Shown here: in pieces, positions 27,388 through 40,600 of the stretch | How positions within the stretch are numbered: the stretch's first letter is position 1 | Layout: each line of letters opens with the position of its first letter | NCBI GenBank assembly: GCA_963749705.1 | Contig: CAVVNQ010000015.1 | Location: 258,600-322,599, forward strand | DNA: 64,000 nucleotides | Direction of reading: 5' to 3' | Origin: an uncultured Chloroflexia bacterium | GTDB lineage: Bacteria; Chloroflexota; Limnocylindria; Limnocylindrales; CSP1-4 | The notes under the pieces: model-generated | Told to the model about the DNA's origin: nothing | Database searches by the model: none | Seen by the model: only the letters and a program-made list of their open reading frames with translations | Made by a program: the position numbers and the translations under genes

Positions 27388-29435
27388 GCCTCATCCGGCT
27401 CGAGGCCGTCGTCCGCGAGATCGGGACGTTCGTGATCCTGGACCATGTCCAGGCGGCGATCGCACCCGGCGAGCGGATCGGGCTGGTGGGGCCGAACGGT
27501 TCCGGCAAGACCACGCTGCTGCGGATCGTGGCCGGTCGCGACGAACCCGACCGTGGCACGGCGACCAGGCGGCGCGGGCTGAGCCTCGGCCTGCTGAGCC
27601 AGGAGGCGCACTTCGACGAGGCGTTCATGGCCGCGCCCGACCTTCGGTCCGCGGTCCGCCACGGCGCGCAGCACCTCGAGGTGATGGCCGCGGAGCTGGC
27701 CCGGATGGAGCACGGCGGACATGCCGCGGGTGCCGCGTATGCGGATCTCCAGCACCGGTTCGAGGTGCTGGGCGGCTACACGCTCGACCAGCGGGTGGAC
27801 GAGGCGCTGTCGGGCCTGGGCTTCGCGCGTGACGAGTGGCTGCGGCCGCCGACGGCGGTCTCGGGTGGGCAGCAGACGCGTGCCGCCCTGGCCCGGCTGG
27901 TGATCGCGAACCCCGACCTGCTGCTGCTCGACGAGCCCACCAACCATCTCGACATCGGCGCCATCGAATGGCTCGAGGAGCACCTGCGACGGCGGACCGG
28001 CGCCCTCCTCGTCGCGTCGCACGACCGCGCGTTCCTGGACGCGACCGTGTCGCGGATCTGGGAGCTCCGCGACCGCCGGCTGACCGCGTTCCGCGGCGAC
28101 TACAGCGCCTATCACCGCCAGCGGGTGGAGCGCGACGCGCGGGCCGCGAAGGATGCCGAGTCGCACGCCCAGCAGGTCGAGCGCGAGCAGGAGCTCATCC
28201 AGCGCTATCGGAGCCACCGCAAGTTCTCCAAGATGCACGAGCACGAGGCGCGGCTCGACCGGCTGCGCGAGAACGAGGTCCATGCCCCGAGGTCCGGTCG
28301 CGCGCTCAGGCTGCCGGGCCAGGCGCTCACCGGCGGCCCGGTTCGCTCGGGTGAGCTGGTGATCCGCCTCGACGACCTGGTGGTCGGGTACCTGCCCGGT
28401 CGCGGGGCGCTGGCCGCGGACGGGTCCGAGGCGCCGGAGCCGGTACGCGTGGCCCGGGCGCCGTTCCTGGCCGCGCAGCGGGGCGACCGGATCGGCATCG
28501 TCGGGCCCAATGGGGCCGGCAAGACCACCCTGCTGCGCACGATCGCCGGTGACCTGCCGCCACTCGATGGCTCGCTCACCTTCGGGCACCAGGTCCAGCC
28601 CGCCTACCTCGCCCAGCTGCGCGACGCGGCGATCCCGGGTGCGACCGTGCTCGACGCGATCATGGAGGCCATGCCGATCACGCCCGGCGAGGCGCGCGGC
28701 TACCTCGCGCGGTTCCTGTTCCGCGGCGACGACGTGTTCAAGGAGGTCCGGTCGCTGTCGGGCGGCGAGCGATCACGGCTCGAGCTGGCCCTGCTGGGGA
28801 TCCTGCCGTCGAACCTGCTCCTGCTCGATGAGCCGACCAACCACCTGGACATCCCGGCGCGCGAGGCGATCGAGACCTTCCTGCTCGAGGCGCCCGCGAC
28901 GCTGCTGGTGGTCTCGCACGACCGGCGGCTGCTGGAGACGATCTGCGACCGGTTGTGGGTCGTCGACGAGGCGACCGCGGTGCCGTTCGACGGCGGCTAC
29001 CACGCGTGGCGCGCCGCGGTGGCGGACGGCTGGACGATCCAGGCCGAGGCCGCCCGCCGCGCGCACCGCGGCCGCGGAGCCACGCCGGCCACGGCGGTCA
29101 CGCCCGGTGGGTCCGCGCCGCGTGGGTCGCGCCGCGGGAAGGCGGCCGCTGCCGCTGCACCCGTCCCGGTCGCGGCGCCGGTGGCGGCACCCGTGCGCCG
29201 CGCGTCCCGCGCGAAGCTGTCCAAGGAGGCGTACCGTCGCAGGCGCGAGGCCATCGACGCGGAGCTGTCGCGGCTGGGCCTCCGCCGGAGCCAGCTGGAG
29301 CTCGCCGTGGGATCGCCCACCGTGGCCGCGAACTTCGTCGAGATGCGACGCGTCACCAGCGAGCTGGCGGACGTCGAGCGAGCGCTGGCCGAGACGGAGG
29401 ACGCGTGGCTCGAGCTGGAGGAGCAGGCGCCGTGA
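27384..29435 (+). CDS. ABC-F family ATPase (two ABC cassettes, C-terminal coiled coil; Uup/EttA-like)
   Basis: Two Walker A motifs (GPNGSGKTT, GPNGAGKTT), two signatures (VSGGQQTR, LSGGERSR), two Walker B motifs (LLLDEPTNHLD x2). No TM domain. Confidence 0.92.
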   Translation: MSLIRLEAVVREIGTFVILDHVQAAIAPGERIGLVGPNGSGKTTLLRIVAGRDEPDRGTATRRRGLSLGLLSQEAHFDEAFMAAPDLRSAVRHGAQHLEVMAAELARMEHGGHAAGAAYADLQHRFEVLGGYTLDQRVDEALSGLGFARDEWLRPPTAVSGGQQTRAALARLVIANPDLLLLDEPTNHLDIGAIEWLEEHLRRRTGALLVASHDRAFLDATVSRIWELRDRRLTAFRGDYSAYHRQRVERDARAAKDAESHAQQVEREQELIQRYRSHRKFSKMHEHEARLDRLRENEVHAPRSGRALRLPGQALTGGPVRSGELVIRLDDLVVGYLPGRGALAADGSEAPEPVRVARAPFLAAQRGDRIGIVGPNGAGKTTLLRTIAGDLPPLDGSLTFGHQVQPAYLAQLRDAAIPGATVLDAIMEAMPITPGEARGYLARFLFRGDDVFKEVRSLSGGERSRLELALLGILPSNLLLLDEPTNHLDIPAREAIETFLLEAPATLLVVSHDRRLLETICDRLWVVDEATAVPFDGGYHAWRAAVADGWTIQAEAARRAHRGRGATPATAVTPGGSAPRGSRRGKAAAAAAPVPVAAPVAAPVRRASRAKLSKEAYRRRREAIDAELSRLGLRRSQLELAVGSPTVAANFVEMRRVTSELADVERALAETEDAWLELEEQAP

Positions 29436-30049
29436 CCGGCTCGCGGACCGTGCGGATCGGGATCACCGGACCGATCGGATGTGGCAAGTCGCAGATCGCG
29501 CAGTGGCTGGCCGAGCTCGGCGTCCATGTCGTCGATGCCGACGACATCGCGAGATCGGTGACGGCGCCGGGGAACCCCGCCCACGACCTCGTGCTGCGGC
29601 GGTTCGGGCCGGCCGTCACCGCGCCCGACGGGACCCTCGACCGGGCGGCGCTGGGCCGGATCGTGTTCTCGGATCCCGCGGCCCTGCGCGACCTGGAACA
29701 CATCGTCCACCCGGCGACGCGGCCGCGCATCCTCGCGGCGATCGAGGCCGCGGAACGCGCCGGCGCACCGGCCGTCGCGGTCGAGGCGATCAAGCTGGTC
29801 GAAGGCGGGCTCGCGGCGATGTGCGACGAGGTCTGGCTGGTGGTGTGCAGCCCCGAGGCCCAGGCTGCCCGGCTCCTGTCGAGGGGGACGCCTCCGGCCG
29901 ATGCGGAGCAGCGAGCGGCCGCACAGGCCGGGCTGGCCGAGCGCCTCCGCCCTGCGGCCACATGGGTCCTCGATACGTCCGTGTCACGCGAGGCGACGCG
30001 CGCGCTCGTGGTGGCGGCCCTGGGCGAGGCGATCGCCGCCGTCCGGTAG
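29432..30049 (+). CDS. coaE: dephospho-CoA kinase
   Basis: IGITGPIGCGKS P-loop, VVDADDIAR, HP-I motifs. GTG start overlaps the ABC-F stop (GTGA). Confidence 0.87.
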   Translation: MTGSRTVRIGITGPIGCGKSQIAQWLAELGVHVVDADDIARSVTAPGNPAHDLVLRRFGPAVTAPDGTLDRAALGRIVFSDPAALRDLEHIVHPATRPRILAAIEAAERAGAPAVAVEAIKLVEGGLAAMCDEVWLVVCSPEAQAARLLSRGTPPADAEQRAAAQAGLAERLRPAATWVLDTSVSREATRALVVAALGEAIAAVR

Positions 30050-30071
30050 CTGCCCCGGGCCCCGGAACGGG

Positions 30072-30105
30072 CATCGCCCGGCCGGGCGAGCCCGGCCGGG
30101 CGATG
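30072..30105. terminator. perfect 15-bp hairpin between convergent coaE and cpaB (putative bidirectional terminator)
   Basis: catcgcccggccggg - cgag - cccggccgggcgatg. No U-tract. Confidence 0.5.
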
Positions 30106-30223
30106 GGGAGGCGCGTCGGGTCAGCGACGCGCGATGGAGAATCGGCGCCGACCCTTCGCGCGGCGGGCAGGGAGGCGACCTGCCGGGCGGCGGGAACGGT
30201 CCACGATGCGTGCCGCCGCCGCG

Positions 30224-31117
30224 CTACGGGCCGGTGCTCGCTCCGGGCGAGCTCGACGGTGACGGCGAGGGCGGCGGCGTGATCGAGGGCAGCGGCAGCG
30301 GCGTCGGGAGCGGACCGCCACCGGCCGGATAGGTCTCCGGGATCGGCAGGCCGTACTTCTGGATGATCCGGTTGGTCGTGGCGCCGAGCGACGACACGTC
30401 GAGCGTCCGGGTGTCCCGGTCGGGTCGCAGGGCGAAGCTGAACAGGACGTTGCCGGAGGCAACGAGGTGGCCGATCTCCTCGGCCACCGGCAGCGTGGCC
30501 TTGACGATGTAGGTCGTGCCCTGGCGGGCCAGGATGATCATGTCCTGGTAGGTGATCTTGGTCGACTGGTCCGTGTAGTAGACGCCCTTGTCGAGGACGT
30601 TCTGCGGCACGAGGACGCTTGCGGTGAGGAACACGTCCACCGTCATGTTGGGACCCAGCATGCCGCCGACCGCGCGGTCGTCGGGCACGGTCAGCGAGAT
30701 CGCGCGCCAGGCCTCGGAGTCCGGTGCCACCGTCTCATCCGGTCCCAGGATCGAGAACTGTCCCCCCGCGGTCGTCGACGCGAGCAGGTTCGTGGTCACC
30801 AGCTGGCCGGGCTTGACGTCGACCGCAAGGATCCTGCCGACAAGCTGTCCCGGGTCCGTGACCACGCCCTCGGCGTTGGTGTCGTCCAGCGGCACGTCTT
30901 CGCGCAGCAGGAGGTCGTCGCTCTCGATCGGCTTGCGGGCCGGGATCGCCCGCGCCGCAACGACGGCCGGGGTGGTCTTGAGGCCCGACTGTCCCGCCTG
31001 CTGCTGGGCGTTGTTGATCAGGAAGAACGCAGCCCCGCCTGCGGCCACCGCCAGGACCACGCCGAGCAGGACGATCCATCGCCCTCGCTTGGACGGGTCC
31101 TTGTATTCCATCTCCAT
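30224..31117 (-). CDS. cpaB: Flp/Tad pilus assembly protein CpaB/RcpC-like (SAF domain), Pro-rich C-terminal tail
   Basis: N-terminal TM anchor, then the CpaB-type pattern (VVAARAIPARKPI ... RILAVDVKPGQLVT ... RAISLTVPDDRAVGG). Confidence 0.78.
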   Translation of the reverse strand: MEMEYKDPSKRGRWIVLLGVVLAVAAGGAAFFLINNAQQQAGQSGLKTTPAVVAARAIPARKPIESDDLLLREDVPLDDTNAEGVVTDPGQLVGRILAVDVKPGQLVTTNLLASTTAGGQFSILGPDETVAPDSEAWRAISLTVPDDRAVGGMLGPNMTVDVFLTASVLVPQNVLDKGVYYTDQSTKITYQDMIILARQGTTYIVKATLPVAEEIGHLVASGNVLFSFALRPDRDTRTLDVSSLGATTNRIIQKYGLPIPETYPAGGGPLPTPLPLPSITPPPSPSPSSSPGASTGP

Positions 31118-31187
31118 CGCGTTGCCTCCCGGGAGGTCGGGGTCGGCGGATTGCCGCCCCGGAAAGGATGTGCCGCGCCCGCTCCGG

Positions 31188-33135
31188 CTAGTTCCAGGGC
31201 GCCAGCCGTGCCACCTGACCGCGGCGCAGCCGGGAGTCCTCGAGGTCCGTGATCACCGGGGTGATCGCGTACGCCGAGACGCTGTTGGAATCCACCGAGA
31301 CGACGCGCATGACCGCGAAGCCCACGATGTCGACGTAGTCCTGGTTGTTGCCCGCTGAGGCCGTCGCGACCTCGAGGGTGATCGTGCTGAGGTGCGTGAC
31401 GGGCTGGCCCGAGCCGTTGGTGCCCGACGCCCGAAGGGCGAACTGGTAGATGCCGGGCGTCATGGTGTCGGTGTCGATCGTCAGGGTGGAGCTGGTGCCC
31501 TTCTTGCTGGGCGACACCACGGGCGCGGAGAAGGCGATCGTGCCGATCCCCGCCGGCCACGCGTCGCCCGGAAGCGGCTCGAGCGACAGGCTCACGGTCG
31601 AGGTCGAGCCGAAGGCCGTCGAACCGTCCTTGACCGACAGGTCGAAGGTGGCGGTGTCGCCGACCGCCGGCACCGAGACCGTGCTCGACGTCAGGTTGAC
31701 CGCGAAGTTCTTGGCCACGTTGCCCACCTCGAACTCGAACGGGGTGTACTTCGTCGTCAGGTACGGGCTGCCGGCCTGGCCCTTGAGCCAGACGCCATAG
31801 ATGCCGTCTGCGACCCCCGTCGTCTGGGCGTTCGTGATCGAGACGGCGGTCCCGCTGCCGAGCGACGGTGTCACCGGGTTGGGGGTGAAGGTGAGCGGGG
31901 TGGGCGCGTTGAGCATGGTGCCCAGCACGAGCGGATTGTTGGGATCGCCGGCATCGGTGACGGTCGACAGGCTGACCTGGCCGCTGAATGCCTTGTTGCG
32001 ATACGCCTTGAACGACCCGACGTTGGCCGTCGTGCCGCTGCTGGCGATGGGGACGCTTCCCGGACTGGACAGCGAGAAGTCCGGGATCTGCATCGTGATT
32101 CCCGGGTACACCGCGACCAGGATCTCGTCACCCGGCGCAAACCGATTGGCGAACGCGCTCACCGCGAGCCCGGCGGAGTTCCCGCTCATGATCGCGACCT
32201 GGTCGTTGGGATCCGGCGGGCTGATGATGGACGGGAACATCGGGCCCGGGTAGCCGCCGGCGAGGATCCACGCCGACTGCATGTCCTTGAGCGTCTGCGC
32301 GTTGGTGGACGTGTCCACGCCGTTGTAGTAGAGCTGCGACGACGAGGACTCGAAGTTGCGGATGTCGAGGGCCACGAACCCGCGGAAGTCAGACCCGTTG
32401 TCGGGGTCGGCGCCCTGGCCGAGGATCTCCAGGATCGGGCCGTGGTTGGTCCGGTCCCCGTCCGGGGTCGAGGCACTGAACGCAGAGCCCGGGCCGGGGT
32501 CCAGACGACCCGCGCGGTTCGTGTCCGTGCCCAGGCAGGACGTGTTTGCGGTCGCGAAGTAGTCCGTGAACGCGTTTGCGTTGTCGCTGCACGGGGCGAC
32601 GCCGGTCGAGTCGCCGGGCGCCTTGACGAACTCGCGGACCGCGATCGGTAGCAGGTCGCCGTAGAACTTCACCCTCGCCTGCGCAACGATCATGTTGGAG
32701 TCGAGCCCGACCGCCCGGCCGAAGGTGTACGGGATGGTGTTGCGGATGCCGACCCGCACGGAGCCGCCCGAGAACAGGATCCCGGAGATCAGGTGGGTCG
32801 GGATCGCCCGCATGGCCGCTGTCGTACACCTCGTTGCCGTCGCCCGGTGGGAGCGGAGGCACGATCCCGTTGGGTGGGATGCTGAAGTTGTTGCTCAGCA
32901 CCGCCATCGCCTCGGCGCGCGCCTCGGCCTCCGTCCCGCCCCGGACGAGCACGCTGCCCGCGGCGAGCGCCGCCGCGTCGGCCCCGTTCTGCAGGAACCG
33001 CCGCTCCGAATAGAAGCGGCCGATGTCGATCGCGAGCCCGGCCGCCGCCAGCAGGGCGACCACCGCGAGGATGAAGATGACCAGGACCTGGCCGCGCTCG
33101 CGTGCGGTCCGAGGCGCCTGCACCGTGGCGCGCAT
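31188..33135 (-). pseudogene. tadG: TadG-like pilus-associated protein (Tad_N pseudopilin head plus large Ig-like/beta-rich body), interrupted by a +1 frame break at about 32814-32820
   Basis: N-terminus RGQVLVIFILAVVALLAAAGLAIDIGRFYSERRFLQNGADAAALAAG (TadE/G-like) lies in one frame up to EVYDS. The remaining 541 aa continue in the next frame from AMRAIPTHL. Confidence 0.75.
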
Positions 33136-33137
33136 CG

Positions 33138-33728
33138 CTAGTTGACGACCATCGTGACTTCGCCCGCCAGCGACAGGCGCCCGCCCGAATCCTTGGGAAG
33201 CAGGTTGCTCACGAGCGGGATCACGAGGTCCTGGTGGTAGGTCGCCTTGACCGTGACGCGGTACCCGACCCGCGGGTCGTTGGCGGTAACGCCGCTCGGC
33301 AGGGAATAGGTGATCGTGATGTCGCCGTTGGTGTAGGTCGTCGTGGTCCCACTCGTCGCGGACGTCCACGACGCCCCGTTCGCGAAGTTGGGCGCGGTCT
33401 TGGTCAGGCCGTTGAGCGAGCTGAGGAGCGCGTCCTGGATCTCGTCGTTGCGGGCGGCGTCGTTGGTGACCTTGTCCCCGCTGCGGTCATAGACGTAGAT
33501 CGTCCCGATCCGCGCAGCCTCGCGGGCGGCGTTGGTGACGGTCACGTACGTGTTGAAGATGAACCCGAACTGGATGATGCCCAGCAGCAACAGGAACAGG
33601 GGGGTCAGCACCAGCGAGAACTCGACCAGGCTCTGGCCGTCCGCGCGGCCACACCGGACGAGCCGCCGGCCGCGGCGGGCGGCGCAAGGTCCGGAACGGA
33701 TCGTTGAGCGGCGCGGCGTGAGCGTCAT
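33138..33728 (-). CDS. tadE: TadE-like pseudopilin
   Basis: GQSLVEFSLVLTPLFLLLLGIIQFGFIFNTYVTVTNAAREAARIG is the TadE/G N-terminal signature. Ends 2 nt before the tadG start. Confidence 0.78.
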   Translation of the reverse strand: MTLTPRRSTIRSGPCAARRGRRLVRCGRADGQSLVEFSLVLTPLFLLLLGIIQFGFIFNTYVTVTNAAREAARIGTIYVYDRSGDKVTNDAARNDEIQDALLSSLNGLTKTAPNFANGASWTSATSGTTTTYTNGDITITYSLPSGVTANDPRVGYRVTVKATYHQDLVIPLVSNLLPKDSGGRLSLAGEVTMVVN

Positions 33729-33846
33729 CGAGGGCGTGTCTGTCTCCGGAGATGGCTGTCTGACCCAGTGTTCGCGTGCGGGTCCGGGGCAGCCATGGGT
33801 CGTTGGTCAGGGGCGTCCCATCCCTTCAGTTCGACCCGAAATCGTC

Positions 33847-33858
33847 GAACAGGCGTTC
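33847..33858 (+). promoter_or_regulatory. SOS-box-like palindrome GAAC-N4-GTTC upstream of uvrB
   Basis: cGAACaggcGTTCtgt, 36 nt upstream of the uvrB GTG. Gram-positive/actinobacterial LexA sites have a GAAC-N4-GTTC core, and uvrB is a classical SOS gene. Confidence 0.5.
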
Positions 33859-33881
33859 TGTATCGAACCGGGCGGTCGTGG

Positions 33882-33887
33882 TAGGAT
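33882..33887 (+). promoter_or_regulatory. -10-like hexamer TAGGAT, 6 nt before the uvrB GTG (leaderless configuration)
   Basis: TAnnnT hexamer. The start codon sits where the transcription start would be expected. No Shine-Dalgarno. Confidence 0.4.
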
Positions 33888-33893
33888 CCGGCC

Positions 33894-36257
33894 GTGCCCG
33901 ACTTCCGTCTCGTTGCCCCGTTCGAGCCGACCGGCGACCAGCCCGTCGCCATCGAGCGTCTCTCGGATGGCCTGTCCCGCGGCCTTCGTCACCAGACGTT
34001 GCTGGGCGTCACCGGGTCGGGCAAGACGTACACGATGGCCCAGACCATCGCCCGGCACCGGAAGCCGACCCTGGTGCTCGCCCACAACAAGACGCTCGCG
34101 GCCCAGCTGTACTCGGAGTTCCGCGAGTTCTTCCCGGACAACGCGGTCGAGTACTTCGTCAGCTACTTCGACTACTACCAGCCGGAGGCCTACCTGCCGC
34201 GCTCGGACACGTACATCGAGAAGGACAGCTCGCGCAACGAGGAGATCGACCGACTGCGGCACGCGGCCACGCATGCGCTGTTCGAGCGGCGGGACGTGAT
34301 CATCGTCGCCAGCGTGTCGTGCATCTACGGCCTCGGCGCGCCCGTCGACTACGGCGCCACGGTCCTGCGGCTCAAGACCGGCGGCCAGTACCGGCGGGAT
34401 GCCGTGCTCCGCCACCTCGTCGACCTCCAGTACCAGCGCAACGACACCGCCCTCACCCGGGCCCGCTTCCGCGTGCGCGGGGACACTCTGGAGATCGGGC
34501 CGGCGTCGGCCGAGATCGTGGTCCGGGTCGAGTTCTTCGGCGACGAGGTCGAGCGGATCACGGAGATCGACCCGCTGACCGGCGAGCTGCTCGCGGAGCG
34601 CAGGGAGCTCAACGTCTACCCGGCCACGCACTTCGTCACGCCCCGCGACAAGCTCGCCGCGGCGATCGCCGGGATCGAGGCCGAGATGGAGGAGCGGGTC
34701 GGCCAGATGGAGGCCGAGGGCCGGGCGCTCGAGGCGGCGCGCCTGCGCCAGCGCACGACCTTCGACATGGAGATGCTGCGCGAGCTGGGCTACTGCAGCG
34801 GCGTCGAGAACTACTCGCGGCACCTGTCGCAGCGCGAGCCCGGGTCGCGGCCGTGGACGCTGCTGGACTACTTCCCGCCGGACTGGCTGCTGATCGTGGA
34901 CGAGTCGCACATGACCATCCCCCAGGTCGTGGGCATGTACAAGAACGACCGGACGCGCAAGGAGATCCTGGTCGACTTCGGCTTCCGCCTGCCGTCGGCG
35001 CTCGACAACCGGCCACTGACGTTCGAGGAGTTCGAGGCGCACCTCAACCAGTCGGTGTTCGTGTCGGCGACGCCCGGCCCGTACGAGCTGGAGCGCAGCG
35101 AGCGCGTCGTGGAGCAGCTCATCCGGCCCACCGGCGTGGTGGACCCGGTGATCAGCGTGCGCCCCACGGATGGCCAGATCGACGACCTGCTGGAGGAGAT
35201 CCGGGGACGGGTCGAGCGCGGCGAGCGGGCGCTGGTGACGACGCTCACCAAGAAGATGTCCGAAGACCTGGCCGACTACCTCAAGGAGCTGGGCGTCAAG
35301 GTCCAGTACCTCCACAGCGAGGTCGACACCCTGGAGCGGATCGCGATCCTGCGCGACCTGCGGCTCGGCGTGTACGACGTGCTGGTCGGGATCAACCTCC
35401 TGCGCGAGGGCCTGGACCTGCCCGAGGTCACCCTGGTCGCGATCCTGGACGCCGACAAGGAGGGCTTCCTGCGCAGCGCCTGGTCGCTGATCCAGATGAT
35501 CGGGCGGGCCGCGCGGAACACGCAGGGCGAGGTCGTGATGTACGCGGACCGCGTGACCGAGTCGATGAAGGTCGCCATCGACGAGACCAACCGGCGGCGG
35601 ACGGTCCAGGAGCGGTACAACACGGAGCACGGGATCGAGCCCACCACGATCATCAAGGGCATCCACGACCTCAATGACCGGCTGCGGTCGGTCGCCGAGC
35701 GGACCACGGTGTACAGCTCCGAGCGGCGCGACCGCGAGCTCGAGGCCGCGGACAAGGCCGAGGTGGAGCGGCTGGTGGCGAAGATGGAGGCCGAGATGAA
35801 GGAGGCCGCCAGGCAGCTCGAGTTCGAGCGGGCGGCGGCGCTGCGCGACGAGATCCAGCAGATCCGGCTTCGCGTCCTCGACCAGGACCAGTCGGTGATC
35901 GTGGCCCGTGCCGCGGAGCGCGCCGCGAAGGACGCCCTGCTGCCGGCCAGGGATCGGGGCGCCGCGCATCGCGCGGAGCGCGAGCGTGGCGTGGCCTCGT
36001 TCGAGGTGACCGAGGTGCGCGTGCTCGGCGCGGACGAGGAGCCCGGCGGGGATGGCGAAGCGCCGGGCGGCGACGGCGAGGAGCCGTCCGGGGTGGCCAC
36101 GGACCTGTTCCCCGGCATCCGCGACGAGCACGACGACGAGGACGCCGCCGGTTGGCAGGCGCGCTGGCTGGAGCGGCCGACCTGGGACCGGACGGTCACC
36201 CCCAACATCCGGCGCCGCACCGGGCAGCGCCCGAACCGGCGCGCCCGCGGCTACTGA
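33894..36257 (+). CDS. uvrB: excinuclease ABC subunit B, with about 125-aa C-terminal extension
   Basis: [14 protein letters not shown] Walker A, DESH box, helicase C motifs, UVR domain ([16 protein letters not shown]), followed by an acidic then Arg-rich tail. Confidence 0.96.
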   Translation: MPDFRLVAPFEPTGDQPVAIERLSDGLSRGLRHQTLLGVTGSGKTYTMAQTIARHRKPTLVLAHNKTLAAQLYSEFREFFPDNAVEYFVSYFDYYQPEAYLPRSDTYIEKDSSRNEEIDRLRHAATHALFERRDVIIVASVSCIYGLGAPVDYGATVLRLKTGGQYRRDAVLRHLVDLQYQRNDTALTRARFRVRGDTLEIGPASAEIVVRVEFFGDEVERITEIDPLTGELLAERRELNVYPATHFVTPRDKLAAAIAGIEAEMEERVGQMEAEGRALEAARLRQRTTFDMEMLRELGYCSGVENYSRHLSQREPGSRPWTLLDYFPPDWLLIVDESHMTIPQVVGMYKNDRTRKEILVDFGFRLPSALDNRPLTFEEFEAHLNQSVFVSATPGPYELERSERVVEQLIRPTGVVDPVISVRPTDGQIDDLLEEIRGRVERGERALVTTLTKKMSEDLADYLKELGVKVQYLHSEVDTLERIAILRDLRLGVYDVLVGINLLREGLDLPEVTLVAILDADKEGFLRSAWSLIQMIGRAARNTQGEVVMYADRVTESMKVAIDETNRRRTVQERYNTEHGIEPTTIIKGIHDLNDRLRSVAERTTVYSSERRDRELEAADKAEVERLVAKMEAEMKEAARQLEFERAAALRDEIQQIRLRVLDQDQSVIVARAAERAAKDALLPARDRGAAHRAERERGVASFEVTEVRVLGADEEPGGDGEAPGGDGEEPSGVATDLFPGIRDEHDDEDAAGWQARWLERPTWDRTVTPNIRRRTGQRPNRRARGY

Positions 36258-36286
36258 TCGAGCACGCCGCGCGGTACCCTCTGGCC

Positions 36287-36895
36287 ATGACGTCGATCGT
36301 TGCCGCAAACACCCGCACCCGCGCTCGCCGCGGTCCGTGGCGCCGGCGCCTCGCATGGCCGGTGCTGATGGTGGTCGCGGTCATCGTTGCCGCCGGCTGT
36401 GGCGCCGCCGCGCCGGCGACCGGACCCGCCGCAGTCGTCTCGACCGCCCTGGACAAGGTCGCGGCGAAGGACGTGGCCGGACTGCAGGCGCTCGCGTGCG
36501 CGGGCCAGGAGGACCTGATCCGGCAGCAGCTCGGCGTGCCGGGCGGGCTCGGCGCCGATCTGCTCCCCGGCCTGGATACGCAGGCCCTGGTCGATGCCGT
36601 CCAGTTCGACGTCTCGAAGGTCAAGATCGGCGATGCGGTCGTGGACGGGGATGTCGCGACGGTGCCGGTCAGCGGCGATATCGGCGTCACCTTCGACGCG
36701 GACGCGATGCGCCCGATCCTCAAGCAGGTGCTCGCGGCGCAGGGCACGACGATGACCGACGCCCAGATCGACGCGCTGCTGTCGGGGCTCGCGGCCTACG
36801 GCCAGGACGTGCCGCTCGACCAGTCGGTGCGCCTCGTCCGCGAGGACGGCTCCTGGAAGATCTGCCAGCAGTCGGTGACGCCGCCGGCGTCCTGA
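36287..36895 (+). CDS. putative lipoprotein
   Basis: Signal peptide with lipobox VAAGC. TACCCT hexamer 6 nt upstream of the ATG. 202 aa. Confidence 0.65.
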   Translation: MTSIVAANTRTRARRGPWRRRLAWPVLMVVAVIVAAGCGAAAPATGPAAVVSTALDKVAAKDVAGLQALACAGQEDLIRQQLGVPGGLGADLLPGLDTQALVDAVQFDVSKVKIGDAVVDGDVATVPVSGDIGVTFDADAMRPILKQVLAAQGTTMTDAQIDALLSGLAAYGQDVPLDQSVRLVREDGSWKICQQSVTPPAS

Positions 36896-36974
36896 GCGCG
36901 GTCGATGCGCGCCGGCGCCGTCAGTAGCCGAAGCGCGTCGGGGTCGCCGCCGACCCGGCCACTTCCCACGCCGT

Positions 36975-36986
36975 GAACACCTGTTC
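36975..36986 (+). promoter_or_regulatory. SOS-box-like palindrome GAAC-N4-GTTC upstream of uvrA
   Basis: tGAACacctGTTCtgt, overlapping the -35 position of the TACACT promoter. It has the same GTTCTGT right flank as the uvrB site. Confidence 0.5.
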
Positions 36987-37003
36987 TGTTTGGCCGGGTT
37001 CCG

Positions 37004-37009
37004 CTACAC
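37004..37009 (+). promoter_or_regulatory. -10-like hexamer TACACT, 7 nt before the uvrA GTG at 37017 (leaderless configuration)
   Basis: TAnnnT hexamer. The GTG at 37017 gives the canonical UvrA N-terminus [18 protein letters not shown]. Confidence 0.4.
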
Positions 37010-37016
37010 TTTGACC

Positions 37017-40100
<3,084 letters not shown>

Positions 40101-40156
40101 CAGATCGGGCGTCCGACCGGGTCGCGATCGCGGGCTGCCCGGTCTACGATGGCTGC

Positions 40157-40600
40157 ATGCCGGAGATCGACTTCGCCTTCCTGGCCGACGCGGCCGAAAC
40201 CCAGCCGGGCCACAAGTTCCACGTGCTCGGCGGCGGGATCACGCGGATCGGCGGACGAACGTTCCCGCTGCGCCACCCGCACATCGCGCTGGTCGTCGGC
40301 CTGCTGGTGACCGCACCCGAGACCCACCGCGAGCACGACCTCCGGATCGTCCTGCTCGACCCCGACGGGCACGAGGTCACTGGGGCGAGCGGGAGCCTGG
40401 TGGCGCAGGGTCACCCGGACGGGCGCGATGCCATCCTCACGTTCAGCATCGACCTGTGGAACCTCACCTTTCCGTCGCCGGGTGACTATTCGTTCCGGAT
40501 CCTGGTCAACGGCTCCGAGCGCAAGCGGCTGGGCCTCGTCCTCGTGCGCCCGAGCGAGGCCGGTGCCGGAGCCGCCTCGACCGCGCCTTCAGGCACGTGA
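40157..40600 (+). CDS. hypothetical protein (small, beta-rich)
   Basis: 147-aa ORF with normal composition. TACGAT hexamer 6 nt upstream of the ATG. Stop overlaps the next ORF's start (GTGA). Confidence 0.6.
   Translation: MPEIDFAFLADAAETQPGHKFHVLGGGITRIGGRTFPLRHPHIALVVGLLVTAPETHREHDLRIVLLDPDGHEVTGASGSLVAQGHPDGRDAILTFSIDLWNLTFPSPGDYSFRILVNGSERKRLGLVLVRPSEAGAGAASTAPSGT

Noticed and set aside
33807-36356. 849-aa ORF antisense to uvrB. Similar very long shadow ORFs occur at 36921-39848 (antisense to uvrA), 48996-51530 (antisense to uvrC/secD), 59914-62646, 2161-4521 and 27051-28589.
   Set aside because: Their composition is extreme Arg/Pro/Gly/Asp/His with no motifs. They overlap strongly supported genes on the other strand or frame. 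Long stop-free antisense frames are expected at about 70% GC.
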